Notes under the pieces: generated by a model
Told to the model about the DNA's origin: nothing
What the model saw: the letters and a program-made list of their open reading frames with translations, nothing else
The model's database searches: none
Shown: positions 1-7,096 of the stretch, in pieces
How positions within the stretch are numbered: position 1 is the stretch's first letter
Layout of the letters: each line of letters opens with the position of its first letter
Assembly: GCF_041886205.1 (NCBI RefSeq)
Contig: NZ_CP169029.1
Length of the DNA: 64,000 nt
Source: Escherichia coli
GTDB taxonomy: Bacteria > Pseudomonadota > Gammaproteobacteria > Enterobacterales > Enterobacteriaceae
Strand: one strand, 5' to 3'
Position numbers and translations under genes: made by a program

Positions 1-651
1 GCTCAAGATATCGGTAAACTGCATTCATCGAGGAAAGTCTCGCCAGATTGGTATTCCAAGTTACCAATCCCTTGGAACAAAACTGTTACTTGGATCGATA
101 GTTCGAGCCCTAATGAAGCAGGTGCAGAAGAACATAAGGGTAATGGTCGTTACTATAATCAACGAGAAGTCCGGCTACTGCTAGAGGCTTTGCAGTCATT
201 GTCGAGTGATGGCTGCATTGCACAGCTTGAGCAAACTATTACCACAGAACAGCCATATCCTATTGGTATAATCACAATGTATCGTCAGCAAAAAGAGGAA
301 ATTGACAATGCTATCAGTCGGGCTGAATGGGCTGCATCGTTACGTGGTTTGATCAAGATCGATACCGTTGATTCATATCAGGGCCATGAAAACAAGATAA
401 TTATCCTCAGTCTGGTTCGCGATAATCCCAACAAACTACAAGGTTTCCTGCGCGACGCGCCGCGAATAAACGTTGCTATTTCGCGAGCTCAAGAAAGGTT
501 ATTGATTCTGGGAGCAAGGCGTATGTGGTCAAAGACCAATAATGATTCAGCACTTGGAAACGTTCATGAATTTATTAGTAAACAGGTTGCAGTAGATGAA
601 CCCAACTACCAAATCCTGTGTGGTCAAAGTCTGCTTGGAGATAACAACTAA
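1..651 (+). CDS. SF1 (Upf1/DNA2-like) helicase, C-terminal part only; 5' end lies upstream of the window
   Basis: Frame 1 is open from position 1 to the stop at 649-651. Translation carries helicase C-terminal motifs (DTVDSYQGHE, INVAISRAQERLLILG) resembling the C-terminal helicase core. Confidence 0.6.
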   Translation, partial: AQDIGKLHSSRKVSPDWYSKLPIPWNKTVTWIDSSSPNEAGAEEHKGNGRYYNQREVRLLLEALQSLSSDGCIAQLEQTITTEQPYPIGIITMYRQQKEEIDNAISRAEWAASLRGLIKIDTVDSYQGHENKIIILSLVRDNPNKLQGFLRDAPRINVAISRAQERLLILGARRMWSKTNNDSALGNVHEFISKQVAVDEPNYQILCGQSLLGDNN

Positions 652-2198
652 TGTCAGAACCACGTCTGGGTAATCTGATTACCGTTTTACTACCTGCGCG
701 TAGTTACAAGATCAACTGCGCTTTGACCACTGAAAAACTGATGCCTGGAATTGAACAGTTTGCATGTCGCTTGCTGCTGATTTTTGATCAACTCTATCCC
801 AGCGAGTTACAGAATTACTTTGGTCTAACTGATCGTGAGCGAGAGGTATTGCTTGATGGGTTGCTGGCTAACAGACTGATCAACATTAATCCTGATGGGC
901 ATATTGAGGCTAGCTCATTCCTACGTAAGCATGCAGCTAATAATGGTGGGAAGCCAAGTTTAGTTAAATATCAAGAATGTACGGAGGAAGTTGCATTCGA
1001 TCTACTAACTCTTTCGATATGTAAACCGCAACCAAATCGTCGTTTTACTTCTGGACTGCCAGAGCTATTGCCGCGGCATCAGATCGGGGGAGATGCTGCT
1101 GCGGTAACAGAGGCTTTTAGTTCCCAGTTTAGGCACCATCTTTTGCTCAGCCGCAACAGCGAGTATGAGCGTCAACGGACTAAATTATATAAGATAATGG
1201 GCTGTAGTTCGCATGAGATGGTGCAGCTCCCAATAGAGATAGAGGTTAGCTACGGTGTTTCTGCTGGGAGCATTGAGCCGCAGAAATTTACTCGTTCCTA
1301 TGAATATTTAGGTAACACCCGGCTGCCGCTTTCAAACGAGCTGGAAGCTCATATCGCAGATTTTTTGGGAGAACATAAACTAGATGAATTCGGTATCGAC
1401 TGTGAAGATTTCTGTAAACTAGCAAATGATAAAGTGTTGTTACAATTTGCTAATGGTTATAAGTTCAACTATTCCGGCTGGATAGAGGCTCGTGAACAAC
1501 GTAAAACTGGCTACGGTACTTCATTGACTACCGGCATGTTAGGGGCTGTTTATTTGCCGCACAATTCTAAGCTGTTCATTAGTATGTTGCATAATGCATT
1601 ACGTGATTATATAGGTAAAACAGCTCCAAAAGCGCTGTGGTATAGCAGTAAAGTACCACTGTGGGGAGCTAATGGTAGTCAACTTTCGCGTTTTACTCGC
1701 GCTCTAGGCGATATACTTGGCAATTATGCCGATGATAAGATTGCTCGCATTTCGCTTTTACACTCAAGTGCAGATGAAGGTGAAAAACGTCAAGAGCGTA
1801 AGCGGCACTTAGGTCGTTTTCCTACCGGTATTGGCCTTACTTCAGAGGCTAAATTTGATCGTTTGGAGATCCTCTTAATTCCTGATGTGATTGCTTTGGT
1901 GCAATACCACGGTCAACCTAATTCTGATAGTGCATTAACCCTGCCGATTGGTTATATAACTGTTGAGCCAGAGCGTTTAGAATTACTTAAAAAACTAATG
2001 ATTAAGCGAACTGAAGGGGCTGTTGCAACCATTACTTGGTCTGAATCAAAATTTGAAAATTTAGCTTCGCTATTACCTGTTGAGTTTCTGATTAAACTGA
2101 ATAAGAAAAGCGGTGAAGATGTGGATGCTGCAATAAAAAAAATGCAGATCTATAACCGTGCTGAAACCGCACGGGCAATTTTATCGCTACGCAAGTAG
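651..2198 (+). CDS. Hypothetical 515-aa protein, translationally coupled to the upstream helicase
   Basis: ATG at 651 overlaps the helicase stop (TAATG); GGAG 13 nt upstream. Long uninterrupted ORF with no catalytic motif I can recognise. Confidence 0.6.
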   Translation: MSEPRLGNLITVLLPARSYKINCALTTEKLMPGIEQFACRLLLIFDQLYPSELQNYFGLTDREREVLLDGLLANRLININPDGHIEASSFLRKHAANNGGKPSLVKYQECTEEVAFDLLTLSICKPQPNRRFTSGLPELLPRHQIGGDAAAVTEAFSSQFRHHLLLSRNSEYERQRTKLYKIMGCSSHEMVQLPIEIEVSYGVSAGSIEPQKFTRSYEYLGNTRLPLSNELEAHIADFLGEHKLDEFGIDCEDFCKLANDKVLLQFANGYKFNYSGWIEAREQRKTGYGTSLTTGMLGAVYLPHNSKLFISMLHNALRDYIGKTAPKALWYSSKVPLWGANGSQLSRFTRALGDILGNYADDKIARISLLHSSADEGEKRQERKRHLGRFPTGIGLTSEAKFDRLEILLIPDVIALVQYHGQPNSDSALTLPIGYITVEPERLELLKKLMIKRTEGAVATITWSESKFENLASLLPVEFLIKLNKKSGEDVDAAIKKMQIYNRAETARAILSLRK

Positions 2199-2412
2199 CA
2201 TTTATATTGCAACGAATAAATTTTTCTAGGTTGCTATGAACTAGCTAAAGGGCAACAAATAGATAAACGGCGTTATTCATGTCAAATGAGATAATGTTAA
2301 ATTGATAGGGATTTATACCCCGCCGGCCATTTTGAATGGTCGGAGTTGTTATAAACGTTAAACCGCCCCGGAAATCCTGGAGACTAAACTCCCTGAGAAA
2401 GAGGTAAACAGG

Positions 2413-2739
2413 ATGACTAAAAATACACGTTTTTCCCCCGAAGTCCGTCAACGGGCAGTTCGTATGGTTCTGGAAAGTCAGGGCGAATATGACTCACAAT
2501 GGACAGCAATTTGTTCTATTGCCCCTAAGATTGGCTGTACACCGGAGACTCTGCACGTCTGGGTACTCCAGCATGAGCAGGATATTGGGGGCGGTGATGG
2601 TGGTTTCACCACCACTGAACGTCAGCGTCTGAAAGAGCTGGAACGTGAAAATCGTGAACTGAGCCGCAGTAACGATATCCTTCGCCAGGCTTCCACTTAT
2701 TTTGCGAAGGCGGAGTTCGACCGCCCCTGGAAAAAATAA
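2413..2739 (+). CDS. IS3-family transposase OrfA (IS629 OrfA-like, 108 aa)
   Basis: Translation MTKNTRFSPEVRQRAVRMVLESQGEYDSQW...LKELERENRELSRSNDILRQAS matches IS629/IS1203 OrfA as I recall it. Confidence 0.75.
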   Translation: MTKNTRFSPEVRQRAVRMVLESQGEYDSQWTAICSIAPKIGCTPETLHVWVLQHEQDIGGGDGGFTTTERQRLKELERENRELSRSNDILRQASTYFAKAEFDRPWKK

Positions 2740-3118
2740 TGCCACTGCTGGATAAGTCGCGTGAGCAGTACGGGATCGGACCGGTATGCAGTGAACTGCA
2801 TATTGCCCCGTCAACGTATTACCACTGTCAGCAACAGCGACATCATCCTGATAAACGCAATGCCCGTGCGCAGCGTGATGACTGGCTGAAGAAAAAGATA
2901 CCGTGCGTATACGATGTGCGTAAAGTCTGGCGTCAGTTGTTTCGGGAAGGTATCAGAGTGGCCAGATGCACTGTGGCACGTCTCATGGCGGTTATGGGGC
3001 TTGTCGGTGTTCTCTGGGGTAAAAGGTCCGCACTACCGTCAGCCGGAAAGCCGTTGCCGTAGACGACCGCGTAAACCGCCAGTTCGGGGCAAAGTCGTGG
3101 GTGGCTGATTTTACTTAC
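2739..3118 (+). pseudogene. IS3-family transposase OrfB, truncated and frameshifted
   Basis: Begins MPLLDKSREQYGIGPVCSELHIAPSTYYHCQQQRHHPDK like IS629 OrfB, but is short of a few residues versus the recalled sequence, stops after 107 aa, and continues in another frame (RQFGAKSWVADFTY) before homology ends. Confidence 0.6.
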
Positions 3119-3690
3119 GGTGTGCCCGGAGTTCAGGGTGAGCACGGATGCTGAAATGAACCATGAGTCTGTCTGGAATATGGAACAGATAACTCATGAC
3201 GAGAAGCCCAACAATCCCACCGGGTGTGACTGTGGTGAACCTGAGCGACTGTGACCTGCGGCATTCCCTAAGGATGATGTAACCCGCTGACAACGGGGAT
3301 TGAGGCGAGATCACTAAGCCGAGATGATCCTCAAGGTTGAGTGCTGAAAGGCTGAAGAACATGAACCCGTTAATCCGCCTCTGTGGGCTGAAAACGTCAC
3401 CACGGCCTACATGATCTGACAGGTCGTGCAGAAGTAACTGTCTGCGACACGTATGCGCGGGTCAGTCAAAGGTGTTCTGACATGTATGCAAAACACCGGG
3501 ACAGCAACGCCTATCACGCTCACGTTGCTGACTTCTGTCAACTTGCGGCAAGCAAGGACAAAGAGTGCGACGGGCAGCCTCCTCAGTATGTATGAGTTCA
3601 GACAGGTGAACTGGGGAAGGTCAGCGACGGATGTTAAGGAGGCAGTAAGCGTCAACGGAGCACCGTATTGACGCTTATTTATTGGTGAGA
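3119..3690 (+). mobile_element. Candidate group II intron 5' fragment (domain I-like structured RNA) inserted in the IS OrfB remnant; no intron-encoded protein ORF
   Basis: Starts GTGTGCCCGGAG...GGGTGAGCACGG immediately after the IS OrfB FTY codons, resembling the GUGYG...GGGUG start of bacterial group II introns. GC-rich, non-coding in all frames. Group II introns are known to target IS elements in E. coli. Confidence 0.25.
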
Positions 3691-3698
3691 ACTACGTT

Positions 3699-3900
3699 TC
3701 ATGGCAGGAGTTCGTCAACACGGTTGGATAGTAATGCACGGCTCAGTTCGACACCCTGTCGGGCAAAGATTTCACTCTGACGATACAGTGGCAGGTGTTC
3801 GCAGTATTTTCCCGTTAACACGCGGGCAAGTAATCCGGGGCCGCGATACCACGCTCTATCGGGCAGGACGGCGCCAATGATAGCATTTATACAAGCAATT
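3699..3900 (-). pseudogene. IS66-family transposase (TnpC) internal fragment
   Basis: Minus-strand translation ...GLLARVLTGKYCEHLPLYRQSEIFARQGVELSR... matches the conserved HLPLYRQSxIxARQGV block of IS66 TnpC, then hits a stop. Far too short for an intact gene. Confidence 0.45.
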
Positions 3901-4227
3901 CTGGGAGCTTATAGATTGTGTGCAAAACTTTTGATAGCAGGAGGTTACAACAGTATTGATGAAAAAGATCATTCAAATCGATTTATATATTTTGTTAATG
4001 TTATCTGTTTTCAATCTAATAACCACGAATATAGCTAATTATAGGATGATTACTAGTTTTGCTACCCTATCAACCAAACGTTCACCGGACATTAGAAAAC
4101 ATGGAAATTTCTTGTTTTTAAATGCTTTTTACACCAATAGAAAAATTTACATTCCAAAATCATTAGTCTTTGCGTAATCAAAAGATGTAATGGTTTTTTT
4201 CCTTACTACTTCTAGATAATCCGCCCA

Positions 4228-4345
4228 CTACAGCAACATCAACTTACGCTCATCTAAATGCTCCGCCTTATGGATATAAGCTACCCGCACTGAATTACAT
4301 TCCATGCGGCTCATCAGACGTCCAGTTGCTTTACTGTCTTCAGGG
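4228..4345 (-). pseudogene. P4-type integrase 3'-terminal fragment (remnant of an older island)
   Basis: Minus-strand translation ...ATGRLMSRMECNSVRVAYIHKAEHLDERKLMLL* aligns with the C-terminus of the intact integrase at 11064..12326 (...AVERQMSHQERNGVRAAYIHKAEHLEERRLMLQ...). No upstream catalytic region. Confidence 0.5.
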
Positions 4346-4584
4346 GGATGCTCTTGTAATCCCAACCTCTCGTGCTTTCTGAGCATAACACATCCATGTT
4401 GCTGCGATTATCTCTTAAACCCGTCCTTACCATTTTTATTGATACGATAAGGAACCTTCATCATACATGATCGATTTTGTCGATCGATTCGATCGAATTT
4501 TCTCTTTTTACCCTGTCTTTTACATGGTTTTAAAATAAGCACCCCATTTATTGTTCGGGGAAAGTGATAGCAGAGGTAACTGAA

Positions 4585-5313
4585 ATGAAAAAGATTATTG
4601 CGGTTTCAGCACTTGCTGTGGCAGGCATGTTTTCAGCCCAGACCCTGGCTGATGAGAGCAAAACAGGCTTTTATATGACCGGTAAGGCGGGAACTTCCGT
4701 TTTATCTCTTTCCAACCAGCGTTTTGTCGAAGGTGAAGGAGAGTGGGCGGACAGATACAAAGGTGACGATGACCATGATACGGTATTCAGTGGCGGTATT
4801 GCGGCCGGTTATGATTTTTATCCGCAGTTCAGTATTCCGGTTCGTACAGAACTGGAGTTTTACGCTCGTGGAAATGCTGACACGAAATATAATCTTTATA
4901 AAGACGACTGGTCGCGTGGTGACCTGAAGAACGAGGTGTCAGTCAACACTCTGATGCTGAATGCGTACTATGACTTCCGGAATGACAGCTCATTCACACC
5001 ATGGGTATCTGCAGGGATTGGCTACGCCAGAATTCACCAGAAAACAACCGGTATCAGTACCTGGGATTACGGGTATGGATACAGTGGTCGTGAATCGTTG
5101 TCACGTTCAGGCTCTGCTGACAACTTCGCATGGAGCCTTGGCGCGGGTGTCCGCTATGACGTCACCCCGGATATCGCTCTGGACCTCAGCTATCGCTATC
5201 TTGATGCGGGTGACAGCAGTGTGAGTTACAAGGGCGAGTGGGGCGATAAATATAAATCAGAGGTTGATGTTAAAAGTCATGACATCCTGCTTGGTGTGAC
5301 TTATAACTTCTGA
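4585..5313 (+). CDS. Outer-membrane beta-barrel protein (OmpA-like/opacity-type family), 242 aa
   Basis: Signal peptide MKKIIAVSALAVAGMFSAQTLA, alternating aromatic/hydrophilic beta-strand pattern, C-terminal ...LLGVTYNF ending in Phe. The ORF-track start at 4564 is probably an upstream extension. Confidence 0.7.
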   Translation: MKKIIAVSALAVAGMFSAQTLADESKTGFYMTGKAGTSVLSLSNQRFVEGEGEWADRYKGDDDHDTVFSGGIAAGYDFYPQFSIPVRTELEFYARGNADTKYNLYKDDWSRGDLKNEVSVNTLMLNAYYDFRNDSSFTPWVSAGIGYARIHQKTTGISTWDYGYGYSGRESLSRSGSADNFAWSLGAGVRYDVTPDIALDLSYRYLDAGDSSVSYKGEWGDKYKSEVDVKSHDILLGVTYNF

Positions 5314-5390
5314 CGACACTGCTTCTGAATGATAATTGCGCATATTTCTGCAATTAAGATAATTACGTATTTCTGTAATTAAAAAGGAAC

Positions 5391-5435
5391 ACCCTGCAGT
5401 AATATTATACTGCAGGGTTGTCTGTTATCTGCTTT
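5391..5435 (+). terminator. Putative rho-independent terminator after the outer-membrane protein gene
   Basis: Perfect 11-bp inverted repeat accctgcagta/tactgcagggt followed by a T-rich tract. Confidence 0.4.
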
Positions 5436-5488
5436 ACAGGATATTTCTGATTTTTATTATCTTATTCTCTTTATATTAAGATATTTCG

Positions 5489-6988
5489 ATGAGTATCATA
5501 AAACTATTTTTTCCGGACAATACATCCCGAATTTTATTGTTTTTATTCTTTTTTGTTGTTTCTGTCATAACCACAATTGCATGCGGATACACTGAGAAGA
5601 ATACCACCGGGAATGTGTTGCTGCTGTTCTTTCTTCTGCTTCTTGCACACAGAAATACCCTCACATCCATTACAGCGCTGTTATTTCTGTTCTGTTGTGC
5701 ACTGTATGCGCCTGCCGGTATGACGTACGGTAAAATCAACAACAGTTTTATTGTCGCGTTGTTGCAGACCACGGCTGATGAGGCAGCGGAGTTTACCGGG
5801 ATGATTCCTGTTTATCATTTTCTGGTCAGTGCCGCGATTCTGGTATTCATGGTGATTTTCTGGCGAACACACCACCGCGGTCACCGTAACTGGCTGGCAC
5901 TGCTGCTATTCGTATTATGCTCTGTAAACAGCTGGCCGTTGCGGATGGTTAAAGGAACCGTTGTGGGGACAACTGACACATTGCGTGAAATGCAGCGTTA
6001 TAAACAACTGAGTCAGCACGGGGCTGACAGCTGGAAAATCCTGCCGGGTGTACCGTTGTATGACACGATTGTTATTGTTACTGGTGAGAGTGTGCGCAGG
6101 GATTATATGTCGGTATATGGCTATCCCGTGCCAACCACACCGTGGCTGAATACTGCTCCCGGTTTATTTATTGACGGCTATACATCGGCAGCAGCCAGTA
6201 CCGTACCTTCCCTGAGCCGGACACTGATTTATGACTATGAGCAGAACCCTGATTCCGGCAACAACGTGGTGGCGCTGGCAGCAAAATCAGGATACAGCAC
6301 ATGGTGGATATCCAATCAGGGAAAACTGGGAGAGCATGACACACGCATCTCTGTTATTGCTTCTGATGCGGAGCATACCGTTTTCCTCAAGAAAGGCAGC
6401 TTCGCTTCCCGTAAAACGGATGATATGTTGTTGTTACAGGAAACAGAACGTGCGCTGGCGGATACATCCTCTCCGAAGGTGATTTTCCTGCACATGATTG
6501 GCTCTCATCCGAATCCGTGTGACCGACTTAACTCCTGGCCGAATCATTACCTGGAGCAGTATCCCCGAAAGATTGCCTGTTACCTCGCCAGCATCAGTAA
6601 ACTGGATAACTTTCTCGGTCAGCTTGATGGTATCCTTCGCCGGCATTCCCGTCATTTCGCCATGCTTTACTTTTCTGACCATGGACTGTCGGTCAGCGAC
6701 AGCGCTAATCCTGTTCATCATGATGGTCATGTGCAGGGAGGCTACAGCGTTCCCCTGATTATTACCGCCAGTGACATCACGTCTCATCAGTCCGTCAGCA
6801 GAAAAATCAGTGCCCGTCATTTCGCAGGTATTTTTCAGTGGCTGACCGGCATTCGTACTGAAAATATACCGCCATTCAATCCGCTGACAGACGAAGATAA
6901 TGAACCCGTTATGGTTTTTAACGGGGAGAGGAATGTACCGGCAGACAGTCTGAAACCGCAGCCTCTGATTCTTCCGGACAGAAGATAA
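5489..6988 (+). CDS. Sulfatase-family phosphoethanolamine transferase-like inner-membrane protein (EptA/YhbX-like), 499 aa
   Basis: N-terminal multi-span hydrophobic region followed by a soluble domain with sulfatase-like signatures (IVTGESVRRDY, HMIGSHPNPCDRL). Exact start codon uncertain. Confidence 0.65.
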   Translation: MSIIKLFFPDNTSRILLFLFFFVVSVITTIACGYTEKNTTGNVLLLFFLLLLAHRNTLTSITALLFLFCCALYAPAGMTYGKINNSFIVALLQTTADEAAEFTGMIPVYHFLVSAAILVFMVIFWRTHHRGHRNWLALLLFVLCSVNSWPLRMVKGTVVGTTDTLREMQRYKQLSQHGADSWKILPGVPLYDTIVIVTGESVRRDYMSVYGYPVPTTPWLNTAPGLFIDGYTSAAASTVPSLSRTLIYDYEQNPDSGNNVVALAAKSGYSTWWISNQGKLGEHDTRISVIASDAEHTVFLKKGSFASRKTDDMLLLQETERALADTSSPKVIFLHMIGSHPNPCDRLNSWPNHYLEQYPRKIACYLASISKLDNFLGQLDGILRRHSRHFAMLYFSDHGLSVSDSANPVHHDGHVQGGYSVPLIITASDITSHQSVSRKISARHFAGIFQWLTGIRTENIPPFNPLTDEDNEPVMVFNGERNVPADSLKPQPLILPDRR

Positions 6989-7096
6989 TCATGTCGGTAT
7001 GAATGTTATAATTAAGGACCGTGCAATAATAGCCATTCCATTCAGCCATCTTACGCTCGAAAACAATCGATAAGATGGCTACTCACCATTCCTGCT

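Larger units (their letters stand above)
2356..3118 (+). mobile_element. IS3-family insertion sequence remnant (IS629/IS1203-like), decayed
   Basis: Left end resembles the IS629 terminus (accgccccgg...cctggagactaaactccctgagaaagaggtaaacaggATG). OrfA is intact, OrfB has an internal deletion and frameshifts. Homology is lost after the FTY codons near 3118. Confidence 0.6.

Noticed and set aside
3956-4177. 73-aa ORF in the AT-rich spacer between the IS66 fragment and the integrase remnant
   Set aside because: Low-complexity hydrophobic sequence in AT-rich DNA with no ribosome-binding site or recognisable features; most likely a chance ORF.
4470-4520. Possible degenerate att repeat (tcgattcgatcgaa resembles the ggttcgattccgag segment of tRNA-Phe)
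   Set aside because: Only about 7 contiguous matching bases and embedded in a simple gatcgat repeat; too weak to call an attachment site without alignment statistics.
7040-7085. 10-bp-stem hairpin (agccatctta...taagatggct) between the convergent transferase-like and helicase-PLD genes
   Set aside because: Long 17-nt loop and no adjacent T-run on either strand; could be a weak bidirectional terminator but the evidence is insufficient.
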